Position numbers and translations under genes: made by a program. Below the pieces are notes generated by a model. It did not search any database. It was not told where the DNA came from and saw nothing but the letters and a program-made list of their open reading frames with translations. Shown one piece after another: positions 12,422 to 24,240 of a DNA stretch of 33,393 nucleotides. The stretch covers positions 26,812,571 through 26,845,963 of the forward strand of contig NC_069005.1 of NCBI RefSeq assembly GCF_001194135.2, given 5' to 3'. Within the stretch, counting starts at the first letter, position 1; each line of letters opens with the position of its first letter. The stretch comes from Octopus bimaculoides. Taxonomy: Eukaryota.

Positions 12422-14869
12422 TATATATATATACACACACATATAGAGTGAAGTTGAAACTAGGCTACTAATTGTTGCGACCGACAGGGACATATTAATT
12501 TTTCGCTACATTGATTTATATTACAATGTAACCATTGTAGTTTCTTCTCGCAATATTCTCATCGAGTCAATCACCCAAATATATAGATCTCGGAAAATAA
12601 CCAATGTTTCAAATAAGAGACGCGATATAAACCGTCTCCAAATTTCTTTCTGCATTTCATGATGTTTAACTTTGGTGTTAAGATTTCATCGATAATGTCA
12701 CTTTTTTTTACCCCGTGGTGATAACAATCTTCTGTTTTTAGTCTTTGCAGCAATTAAAGAAAAATATCTTTCTTGTACGTGTTTCTACATTAAACGTGTA
12801 TTAATTTATCAACTGTTTATGTCTTATCTTACTTATTTTGTCAGTAGATCATGACCCAAATCTTTTTAATTAATTTAAAAAGGTTGAAGACCTCATCTGT
12901 CCAAAGTACTATGATTTTAAAAGAATGATTTTAAAACTGTAATTTTAGATTGAAAGGGGGGAAAAGTTCTAGTGACATTTGTGGGACTTTCTCAAATTGG
13001 TGCTTAAGATATCTTTAAGGCACTTTAAATTGAAAACTTTTGTCGATTCATTTATAATACATTGTCCATGATAATATATTAAGTATTTGAAGTTAATCAA
13101 CCCGCTTAGAAATATCAACTGTGGACTAGTATAACGGGTTTTAGATATGGAAGAAAAAGTTTCAAATTGTATTTAATGAAAAGGGAAGTGTGATGTAGGA
13201 TTGTCACAAACTTCCCTGTTTAAACAATGTCTTTCTTTTACTTTATAGTATTTAGCTGTTCAAGCTGCGTTGCAATATAAATTGCTTTGGATTGGCGATC
13301 CTGATGATTATATGATAATAGCAAATAGCCTCGGAATATTGATTTAACTAACAATAATTGGGTAACTTTTTAAATTTTCATTTGGCCATTACGTCACCAA
13401 TTTCTGCTTTATAGATCCTGGGCACCTATATATAGGTGAAACTCAGAGTAGCAAGAGACTGACTCGACTAAAATTATATATATTATGAGGCTTTGACATT
13501 TTTAATATCAATGTCATCGCTCTGGTCACAGCGCCGCTGACGATCTGTTTGTTGGACGTGTGGCTGCACGTCTATATCATGGGGGGTATGGTTTCGATTT
13601 CCAGATGAAATCGCGAAACAGAAGTCGCCACTGATATTAGAAATGGAATGAACGGCATAGTTTTATCATTTCTTCCACCCCACTCATATAAAGATTAATA
13701 AAGCAAAAATTTATTTTTGCGTGTATATATATGTGTGTATGTAGTATACTGCATGGTCCATCGATATGGGGTGCTCATTTAGCGCATTGATACCGCTTTT
13801 GCTTTATTGATTTCTTGTGCCAGCACTGAATGATAATTTATGCTAGTCCTTGTATTACTTTAGTTATATTTTATTGAGATTACTGCTAGTCGCCTAGATT
13901 TCGTTCCTTTATCTCCGCTGAAGATGCTACCCGTAATAACAGTGCATATCTCCCCACCCATCACTTGCCACAACCCTCTCCTTTAGAGACGACGATACCT
14001 GCTATTTTTGCTAGTTGTCAAAACCTATTTCGCCCATCTTCACTTATTACCGCTGCTGATGATTCGAGTGTGCTATTAAGTTTCTTCAGAAATGAGTAGC
14101 TTGAAGGAATTAGACATGCATACAACACATAGTTTCATGTCGTATGATAAAGTATGTTACGATTCTATGTTTAATCTTCGTTGTTTTCTGTGATCTGGCG
14201 GCTCTGCTTTTACGACTATTATCTGCTAGATTCCATATCCTGTTACGTATTTCGGCAAGTTTGTGTAGCTATAATAATGCAAGCTGTAATGACCTTCAGA
14301 TTACGAACAGCCTTCAACTTCATCCTTGACCTTGATATTGTGTTGCGGCGGCGTCGTTTAAGGTGAACATCTAACGAAGCTCTTTTCTGATCATTTATAT
14401 ATATACATATATAAAATATTTTTTCGTCTTAGTTTCTTACAAATTTGTTGTATGCTTGCATTTTTTTTAACGAATTATTACTCCTTCGTACAAATGGAAA
14501 CGATTTTTTTTTTTAAACATCTTCCCTAATTTTTTTTTTTTTTTTCATTAAAAGTATAGGCGTCTGATCCCAAAAAAATTACCATGGGTTTAAAATAAAA
14601 GGGCATATTTCTGATTGTTAACATTTTATTCCCTTATTTATAATATAATTTATAAAGGTAATTTACGAAGGTAATTCGATAATAGCAATGCATCGATATT
14701 CATTTAGTACATCAATAGCATTTCGGGTTATTGATTTTCTTTAAAAAAAATTTTCTTGGTAGATTGGTTAAGGTTAGTAAAATGTCATTGAAATTTCAAA
14801 TCCCTTCATGGCTTTTAGTGTACTTTGGTTATACGTGACATGTGAATTTCTGACTGCAGTGTTGGTTTC

Positions 14870-15000
14870 AAATTTTGGCACAAAACCAGCAATTTCTGGG
14901 GTATGTGACAGTCGATGACAGAGACCCTACTGTTCAACTGATACTTTTTTATCGACCCTGAAAGGATGAAAGGCAAGGTCGCCTAGGCGGGACACGAACT
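14870..15000 (-). mobile_element. SINE family A fragment
   Basis: TATCGACCCTGAAAGGATGAAAGGCAAGGTCG core. Confidence 0.75.
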
Positions 15001-15554
15001 TGCAAAGTTCAGGAGTTTACTGCAGATAATATTGCAGTTATTATGCTCCAATAACTGCAACATTATCTGCAGTAAATTCTAGAAGGTTACTGGCTGTTAA
15101 TTAATCAGGCATAACAAGAATAATTAGTTGTTGTGCATGAATAAGTGATTCTCAGTCAAGGTCCATTTGAGTCTTACATATGTTTCTTGATATATATATA
15201 ATCTCGCTTGTTGTATAGATTTCATTTATTATATTTATATTTTTAAGCTGTTGGTACTTCTCATTTACAATATTTCTGTCTTCACAACACCTAACTGTAT
15301 CTAAAAGTTAGAAAGGGTGGTCATCATGGAGATGCAACAGCATTAATAACATTGAAAGTCTTTACTGTAGATTCCAAGTTGTTGGTTGTGTGCATGTGTG
15401 TGCAGATATGTCTGGTAAGGAATCTGTTTCCTAACCACATGCTTTCAGGTTCATTCCTACTGCATGGTATCTTAGGCAAGTATCATCTCCTGTAGCCTCA
15501 GACTGACTAATGCCTTGTAGATGGATCTGGTTGACAGAAATTGAAAGAAGCCTA

Positions 15555-15556
<2 letters not shown>

Positions 15557-15652
<96 letters not shown>
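15557..15652. repeat. (GT)n microsatellite
   Basis: Uninterrupted GT run. Confidence 0.98.
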
Positions 15653-15653
<1 letters not shown>

Positions 15654-15744
15654 ACTGACATCATGTGATACTTGTAAGCGAGTGATACCATCATCCTCAG
15701 TTGTTAGTTGTTAAAGCATAATGTTGAATATTCTGCAGTGTTTG

Positions 15745-15830
15745 TCCTGAATGTCTGCTCTCTTGAGTTCAAATACTGCCAAACTTGATTTTTGCCTTTC
15801 ATCTTTTCAAGGGGTTGATAAAGCTTATGC
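15745..15830 (+). mobile_element. SINE family A fragment (plus orientation)
   Basis: GAGTTCAAATACTGCC...TTGCCTTTCATCTTTTCAAGGGGTTGATAAA. Confidence 0.6.
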
Positions 15831-16929
15831 CTGAGTAAATTAACTGTCAGAACTGTTAGACTATTGAACAGGATATTCTGTGTTGCCTGTTCCAGCTTTG
15901 TGCCTCATATGTTCAAATCTCTTGTCACGAGTGAAAAAAAAAAAAAGTGACATTTTTGTCAGGAGTTACAATTGATAAGTAGTATTAGCAATGGCAAAAA
16001 AAAAAAAAAATGGGAACTTAGTTTCTTTGGTTTGATTAGAAATTGGTTACCACTACCATCTTATTTCAAGTTACCATTGTTTCATTCACAAAAAACCATC
16101 TTTGTATCTCATCTATATACCTCACACAACCAAAAATTACTCCATCACTACATCACCATTACGACAACACAACCAGAAGTACATCGCTACAACAGCACAA
16201 CCATCTAGTTATCTCCCGATCGAGAAGTTGCTGGCTTTATGCCAAAATTTGAAGTTTTTCTCTTTGATCATATGATGACAAAAGATCAGAGAATTGCTCC
16301 TAAATTTCATTATCTCTCTGCCTTTAAATTTATGATGTTATGAAATCTACTGGAGAAGTAAATCCCTATGACCATATTTAATGCATGGGACATTAAGAAA
16401 ATGCCAGCTAAATTATTTCGTGGTGGGAAAATATTAGTCGATTACTAATGTATATTACTTATATACATAACCATCATCATAGTGATATTGGTCAGACAGA
16501 TCATCTCAATTCAAGTCCGTTGATATCCAGATTTACTGCCTGCCTAGACAGGTTAAAGGACCATATCTCATTTGAATGATCTATTTTTAGCACAGTTTCT
16601 ATGACTGGATGCCCTTCCCAACACCAACCACTAGGGGCATTTTTCATTTTCCAAAAGAGTTGGTTGCGATTTGATGGATACATCTGAATTGTCTTCTTTC
16701 TGTAGACTTCATCATTGAAACAGGAATCCTTTTCTCTTAACTGATTTTTTTTAGTTAACATTTATTGACCCACTGCACTGTATTTTAATTCTGATCTGTG
16801 CCATACAGAATTATAATCTGAAACAAGCATAATTTCTTGAATCAGAATTGTGAGGCTGATGATAAAATTGTTCAGAATGGGATTAATATTACAATATTAG
16901 CATAAACTAGTAACTAATGCAAATTAGGT

Positions 16930-17308
16930 TTACCTACTGCTAGGTGTGCCTGCTTCAGTAAGGGATAGCTACAAACTGTATTTGTTTTGATAAGGGATTT
17001 CTACCAGCTACTTTGGTAAGAGGCTGCTGTGGGCTGCTCCTCCCTCAGTAAGGTGTTACTATGGGCTGCTCCTCCCTCAATATGGGGCTGATGTGAGCTG
17101 CACCTGCTTCAGTTTGGGGTTGCTATATTTTTTTCTTCTGCTTCTGTATGGGTCTGCAGTGGTCTACACCTGCCTCAGTGTGGAGCTGTTGTGGGTTAAT
17201 CATTATGGAGCTGCTGTGAACTGCATCTGCTTTAGTATATGGCTGCCATAGTTTGCTCCTGCTTTAGTATGGGGCTTCTGTGGCCTGCACCTGCCTCAGT
17301 ACGGGACT
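16930..17308. repeat. Degenerate ~30-bp tandem repeat (GGGCTGCT...CTGC(C/T)TCAGT) running into a gap
   Basis: Repeated GCTGC(A/T)CCT(G/C)C(C/T)TCAGT units. Confidence 0.7.
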
Positions 17309-17979
17309 NNNNNNNNNNNNNNNNNNNNNNNNNNNNNNNNNNNNNNNNNNNNNNNNNNNNNNNNNNNNNNNNNNNNNNNNNNNNNNNNNNNNNNNNNNNN
17401 NNNNNNNNNNNNNNNNNNNNNNNNNNNNNNNNNNNNNNNNNNNNNNNNNNNNNNNNNNNNNNNNNNNNNNNNNNNNNNNNNNNNNNNNNNNNNNNNNNNN
17501 NNNNNNNNNNNNNNNNNNNNNNNNNNNNNNNNNNNNNNNNNNNNNNNNNNNNNNNNNNNNNNNNNNNNNNNNNNNNNNNNNNNNNNNNNNNNNNNNNNNN
17601 NNNNNNNNNNNNNNNNNNNNNNNNNNNNNNNNNNNNNNNNNNNNNNNNNNNNNNNNNNNNNNNNNNNNNNNNNNNNNNNNNNNNNNNNNNNNNNNNNNNN
17701 NNNNNNNNNNNNNNNNNNNNNNNNNNNNNNNNNNNNNNNNNNNNNNNNNNNNNNNNNNNNNNNNNNNNNNNNNNNNNNNNNNNNNNNNNNNNAAATCCTT
17801 TCCCTGGCATTCTTCAGCTTAAATATAATAGTAGTTGCTTTTCAATTTGTGCTTAGTCTATTCACCAACTTTTAGAATTCATGCAGTACAATTTTGTTTA
17901 AAAAAAAATTTTTTAAAAAGACTGCAAAAATTTACTAGTATTTGTAATTTGTGTAGACTGAAGTTATATTTAATCAGGT

Positions 17980-18022
<43 letters not shown>

Positions 18023-19169
18023 TTCATGAAAATTATTTAATGATGTTGGTAATAAATGTAATTCAACACATTTACCTGTCTCCAAACAAAATGACTACAT
18101 GAGAAAATGTAGAATTATAGCATATGTATCATTGAAAGGTAACTAACATGCTCATTACAGATTTTATAAATTTAAAACTTTGGTCAGTTGTAATTTGGAA
18201 GAAGTCGTCAACACCTTCGCTACTGTTAGGGAAAAGATGCATCCACATTAAAGATGGTCAGTCTTTGATATGAAATAATAGATGCAAAGCACCCCCAAAA
18301 AAGACCTGTATTGTTGTTTAGTCCCAGGTCAACTTTTATTTTACTTAGGGTATCTAAGACAAGAAAAAAATTATTGGCCACATTGCATAAACTTAATGTC
18401 CATGTTTTCACTTAACTTAGAAAATAATCAAGAATTTGAAAAGATTTAATGGAATAACTTTTTCATTGTTATTTGAAATATATTTTAAGTTTCTTAAAAT
18501 TATATTTCAGTTAAATATTGAAGCCACATTGAAATTTGAAACCTTGTGTTGTAAAACTAGCAGTTGGTATCAATGGAGTTAATATTAAACAAAAAATAGT
18601 GAGATATAATAAAAAGCAAAAAACTTACGTTGGTGGTAAAGGCTTGATTAATAATGCAAATTGCTTAATTGGCTATTTATGACACAAGTGACTGAATAGA
18701 CAAATTCTATTTATATCACTGAGGCGGGGGGGGGGGGAAATCAGCTGCTATGGCTAGCTGTGGATGTCCTTCATAGACAAGGTCAAGGAAGGCCAAAATC
18801 ATGTGATCTGACAGTTCCAGCAGCCATAGCTGATGATTTATCACCTGCCAGTGATACAGACATGAGTGCTTATATGCACCGCAAGTCCATATGAGAGGTT
18901 CTTTCATGGTAAATAATATAGCATTCTGTGTTTTGCCACAACATCCTCTTTAAACTGGGGCAAACTGTTTCACATACATAAAAAAAAAATTTACCTTTGC
19001 TGAAAAGGACCTAAAATATATGGAGGTAACTAAGAAGGAATGGGGACCTGCTGAGTGTTTTTGGTGTTTACCTTCTTTTCAGCCCAGAGACTAAGCAACA
19101 GACCTAGTCATGACCACCCTGTCTTTTATTTCCTAATGTAGTGTATGTGATACAATATTGTCCAATGTG

Positions 19170-19201
<32 letters not shown>

Positions 19202-19329
19202 CTTAGCATATAGTGACTGATTCACGCTATGCTTATTGTTTAGCCTCGAGTCAACAGTTAACCTTGATTGAGCAAGACTTATAATCAGATATTTTTTTAT
19301 ATATAACCACATAATTCAATACATGTTCT

Positions 19330-20300
19330 TCCCTTTTTTAAGATGGTAGGTTGTGATTTAAGGAAGATTTAGAAGATGGAATTTTTTGTCTCGTTTTTTA
19401 ATAACTTGAAGAAGGCCTTTTGGGATGGACTGATTGATGCTTTTAACAGTCTGATTGAACTCTTGCGAGGTGAAACCTAAATGAACGACATGAACTAACA
19501 GGTAATTCCAGACATCTGATGTTCTTGGGAGAAAGATTTGAATATAGTGGTTAGAGCATAGTCTCATCAAGTGAACACATAGGTGACGAGAGGAGGAGAG
19601 GCAAGTGGGTCAGGGATGCCTGAGTGGAGGTCACCTGAATCCAGCTGGCTCCAGAGGCTAAGTTTATTGTAGTTGTGGTGAATAAGCAGAGGAAGTAGCC
19701 CATCTGTAGACCAGAAGCTGGGGTGAGTGACTTTACGCCAATCAGTTGATGTACTCTAGGATGTATTGTGTTCAAGATCAGCAATTTTCTTAGATGTGGG
19801 AGCAAGACTTCAGTACTTGTTCAGAAAATATTTTCTAGTTTTAAGAAGGTTCGGTTTTTGAAAAGCAGTCCCAGCACTTTTTGCCAGAGAGACTGTTAGT
19901 GATAATGAGGCCTAATATTTGGAACAATCATGTGGGTTCTAGTCATGTGATGCTCATATTTGATGGGGAACGGGGTGATGTTTCTCTCTTGATTCGTAAT
20001 ATTTATACGAGCCAAGGTTAGCATGTCCCTCAATAGATGATACTTTCAAGGTCTTTGTTCATAATCAGTGCAAGTTTGGCATTTGGATGTTGCATGGTCT
20101 AGGAAGGTTAGGGTAGAGTGCTGGACGTGACAGGAATCAAATTATAGATGTATAGAAAGGAAGGAAGTTGGGGATAGAACTGTCCCCACTGCCCAACTAT
20201 CTTTTCTGAATCCTGAGGTACAGAAAGAGCTCCACCAGCACTTACCAACAGCTTGAAAATATTAATATAGTAAATGAAATCTATATAACAAGCTAGTTTA
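19330..20300 (-). mobile_element. Decayed non-LTR retrotransposon ORF2 3' fragment (CR1/L2/Jockey-like)
   Basis: Broken minus-strand frames give SVPQDS...FLYIYNL (resembling the RT motif GVPQGSxLxPxLFxxYINDL) upstream of FLPRTSDVWNYL (resembling the C-terminal FxPRTxxxWNxLP). The order is as expected, with many stops and frameshifts. Confidence 0.6.
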
Positions 20301-20519
20301 TTCATACACGGCATGCATGTATGCAAAATGGGTGAGCCTTGTATAGTAAAGGGGATAGTTTGGAGGAAGATGTACCAAGTATGTGCAATGCAGAGACTGT
20401 GATTCATCCCTTTGGTCATAACATCCCATTGGTCATAACATTCCAGTTATGACCAATCTTATCTTTTTATATAGCAGAATTGTTTCCAGAAATAATTGTC
20501 TTGATGACATTAATGAAAA

Positions 20520-20562
<43 letters not shown>

Positions 20563-20591
20563 TTTCTAATTTCAGTTATAAATCTGCAAGT

Positions 20592-20676
20592 ATGGTTATC
20601 AAAAAGATTCATGGTCGCCAAATCTTTGATAGCCGTGGTAACCCCACGGTTGAAGTTGATTTGTGGACTGACAAAG
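20592..20676 (+). CDS. ENO: Enolase coding exon 1 ([29 protein letters not shown])
   Basis: Contains the canonical enolase [11 protein letters not shown] motif. ATG has A at -3 and G at +4. A poly-T tract and TTTCAG acceptor end at 20575, leaving 16 nt of 5'UTR in the exon. GT donor at 20677. Confidence 0.97.
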
Positions 20677-20929
20677 GTTGGTAATATTCCTTCAGCCCGT
20701 CTTCTTGTTTTTGACTTAAAACCGACTTTGCATTTGCATATAATGTGACTTATATAAGCGTGGATGCTGTGTAAGTTGGGATTTACAAAACGTTTCCCTA
20801 TACATGAATGTTGTGTACATTTACAAAATGGAAGAAAATGGTATGGAGTATGTTAAGTAAAATTGTGTGTGCTTGTGTATATGTATGCCTATATGAATTT
20901 GTATATATGTGCATGCATATACATGTCAT

Positions 20930-21320
20930 TGTGGAGGCGCAATGGCCTAGTGGTTAGGGCAGCAGACTCGCAGTCATAGGATCGCAGTTTCGATTCCCAG
21001 ACCAGGTGTTGTGAGTGTTTATTGAGCGAAAACACCTAAAGCTCCACGAGGCTCCTGCAGGGGATGGTGGCGAACCCTGCTGTACTCTTCCACCACAACT
21101 TACTCTCACTCTTTCTTCCTGTTTCTGTTGAGCCTGTAATTCAAAGGGTCCGCCTTGTCACACTGAATATCCCCGAGAACTACGTTAAGGGTACACGTGT
21201 CTGTGGAGTGCTCAGCCACTTGCACGTTAATTTCACGAGCAGGCTGTTCTGTTGATCGGATCAACTGGCACTCCGTCGCTAACGACGTCGAGGGTTCCAG
21301 CGACGGAGTGCCAACACACA
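20930..21320 (+). mobile_element. tRNA-derived SINE (family B, tRNA-Arg-like head) in enolase intron 1
   Basis: A-box TGGCCTAGTGG and B-box-like GTTTCGATTCCC, followed by a non-tRNA body; a homologous copy is at 31620-31955. tRNA-derived SINEs are an established octopus repeat class, but the exact family was not verified. Confidence 0.85.
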
Positions 21321-21606
21321 CAGACATGTCATTATTCAGTTTATTTCAAGATTTCTTGCCAATAGAGAAAGAACCTATTTCTAACCTGGATCCAAGGTTC
21401 CTTCATTGGAATCTAGACATCAACAACGGGGTATTTTTATATGTATGTATGTTTCATGTATGTATTCTTATGCATTATGTGTGTATGCATGTAGTTGTTA
21501 AAGATTAAAATTGACTTGTTGCATTACTTCGAGTTTCTTGCTGAATCAGCAATCACCAAATTTAGTAAGAGGTGATGGAAAGTAATCAACTTTATATGAT
21601 ATATAA

Positions 21607-21810
<204 letters not shown>

Positions 21811-21928
21811 TAAGTGTTTTCGTTTGATATTTCTCGATTTCAAAATATAAGTGTTTGAAAATTTATTAAATATTTTGTTTATATATATTTTTTCTGTAAC
21901 GAAAGTATCTCTTCTGCTTTTCACTTAG

Positions 21929-21987
21929 GTGTTTTTAATGCCGTTGGCAATGTGAATAAGATTATTGCAAAAGAACTTGCGGCCAAG
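21929..21987 (+). CDS. ENO: Enolase coding exon 3 (SVFNAVGNVNKIIAKELAAK)
   Basis: 59 nt with AG/GT boundaries; in frame with exons 2 and 4. Confidence 0.95.
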
Positions 21988-22019
21988 GTAATATTTTTGT
22001 ATTTATTATTATTATTATT

Positions 22020-22240
22020 AAGGCAACATGCTGGCAGAATCATAAGCACACCAGGCAGTGCTTAGCAGTATTTTGCTCATCGCTGTGTAATTGACTTAAT
22101 CCCTTTGTTTGTCCTCTTTATGTTTAGCCCCCTGTGGGCAATAAAGAAACCAATAAAATTAAGTATGAGCCATGTACTAGAGTGGATATCATCAACTAAC
22201 CTCCTCTCACTAAGATTGCTAGCCTTGTGCCAAAATGTGA
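22020..22240 (+). mobile_element. Degenerate composite SINE family A copy in enolase intron 3
   Basis: Head AAGGCAACATGCTGGCAGAATCATAAGCAC and tail GCCTTGTGCCAAAATGTGAAACC resemble the family A ends; boundaries approximate. Confidence 0.5.
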
Positions 22241-23208
22241 AACCAATGTTTGTTGGTTGGAGGAGTGGAAGCGGTGAGATGTATGTGACCTGTACTTTTC
22301 AGCTAGAACTTCTACAGATCAATGTCTGTTGGAAAAATTGCAAGAGAGAGAATGGCAAAGACAAGACAAAACACAGAGAAATTGATAGACAAACAGAAAG
22401 AAACGAGTACCATGTAACAGTAAACTCTGTTTCCATTAATACTCAAGATGATGTTAAGGTTACTGCTCAAGGGAGGGAATTACTCAAGTACATTTATTTT
22501 TAGCAATCACTTGTGCTGTGGGTGTTGAACTGAGACATGTTAAGTCTACCAATGAAAGAAAGGGAAACTGGGTCTGGTTTGAAGGTTTGCAACAAAAAAG
22601 GAGTTCAATAAAGTCAACCAAGTATTAATGAAGAGTTACAGAGCATCAGAAGCTGTATAATGATGAAGCTTACCAGTGATTCTTAGTTTGGCTTAGCTTA
22701 GTCATAATAATGTAGTTGCCAATATTGTAAACATCGTTTTAACATCTGCTTTTCTATGTTTGTATGAGTCAGATGGAGCTTTGTTGAGACAGATTTTTCT
22801 ACAGCCTGATGCTCCCCCTGTCACCACTCCTTACCTGTTTCCAAGTGGTATTTTGTCTAGCTCAGTAGTCTGTCATGCTACCTCAGAAGATTGTAAATGA
22901 ATGACACAGTTTATATGAGAGTGACTTTTGTTCCTCTTTCATACTTTGGCCTCTCAACATTTGGCATAAAGCCACTTCCCCTTTACATACAATTGTAGAA
23001 ACCATTCCAAAACTGACATTGGAGCTCAACATAGTCTGTAGCTTGTTGATGTCCTGTCAAGCCATCTAACCCATGCCATCATGATTTTACCCTAACTCTA
23101 CAAAACCATTTTTTTTTTTTCCTATTCATATTGAAGATTCAGTTTTTATCATGACATGTCTTTTCTGTTTGACACAACTCATTAAGGACTTGATTGTTTT
23201 ACTTTTAG

Positions 23209-23278
23209 AACATGGACGAGAAAGATCAAGTTGCTGTTGATGAATTTTTGATTGGTCTGGATGGAACTGAAAATAAAA
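23209..23278 (+). CDS. ENO: Enolase coding exon 4 (NMDEKDQVAVDEFLIGLDGTENK)
   Basis: LDGTENK motif; 70 nt; TTTTAG acceptor and GTATGA donor. Confidence 0.96.
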
Positions 23279-23762
23279 GTATGAATTTTTCTTTGCTTCA
23301 TTAAGCCTTCATTTTTATTTTATTTATTACAAAAATTGGATTGTTGTTTAGTCTCAAATCAACCTTGACCCAGTTGACGTTCCTACAAACAAAAGCATTT
23401 ATGTAGGAACCACATTATCTGGAATTTGAGAATAGTTCGAACATTTGTGAAGAAATGTCATAGTGTAATAATTGTTACTTAATACTCAAGTTGCCATTTT
23501 TTTTTTTCCTTTTACTAATTGACAAAGCAACTTGATAGATTGTAATTGATATTCTCTGTCCATTGGTTAAAATATGAAGGCCTCTCCTGTCAAAGACAAT
23601 ATATGAGTATATATGACTTATAGAGATCAAATGTTTGTGCCATGCATTAGCTCACTCTCTCCATCAAATCAACATTGTCTGAACAGATGATTTGCATCAA
23701 ATGTTTTAATACTGTTGTTAATTGAAACTTTGTGAATGTACAACTTTCCTTTTCCTTTATAG

Positions 23763-23830
23763 GTAAGCTCGGTGCCAATGCCATTCTTGGTGTTTCCCTT
23801 GCTGTCTGCAAGGCTGGAGCTGCTGCAAAG
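23763..23830 (+). CDS. ENO: Enolase coding exon 5 (SKLGANAILGVSLAVCKAGAAAK)
   Basis: LGANAILGVSLAV motif; 68 nt; pyrimidine tract plus TAG acceptor, GTAAAA donor. Confidence 0.97.
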
Positions 23831-24099
23831 GTAAAAAGTAATTTAATTTTCAACTTGACTAAGAACCGCTTTGCCATTTTACCCATTTGCTGATATTCTT
23901 TTATCACCGCCACCCACTCGACTTTGCTTTACATTTTAAAGTTCAGGCATCATACATAACAAGGGCAGGGCCCTTTACCGTTACAGGCCTTCTCCAGGCT
24001 AAGAAATGATATGAATGATGTTCAGAGATGTGAAGTCTTGCAAGCTGCATGGTGACCTCACTAGTAATAATAGAATGAAAAATGCACCTAAGACACAGT

Positions 24100-24240
24100 C
24101 AAATGGTTGGCATTAGAAAGGACATCCAACAAAAGAAACCATGCCAAAGCAGACACTGGAGTGCAATGCAGTCCTTAGTCCCATTGGATCCTGTCAAACC
24201 TTCCAACCTATGCCAGCATGGACATTAAATGATGATGGTG
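24100..24240 (+). mobile_element. SINE-like repeat family C in enolase intron 5
   Basis: TGGTTGGCATTAGAAAGGACATCCAAC ... CCAACCTATGCCAGCATGGACATTAAATGATGATG. Confidence 0.7.

Noticed and set aside
12571-12753. 60-aa minus-strand ORF in the intergenic region, considered as a transposase or small-gene fragment
   Set aside because: No recognisable motif, splice context or terminal repeats.
20930-21010. Possible tRNA gene (also at 31620 and 2300-2384)
   Set aside because: A- and B-box-like motifs are present, but I could not build a full cloverleaf, and each continues into a shared non-tRNA repeat body, so these are SINE heads.
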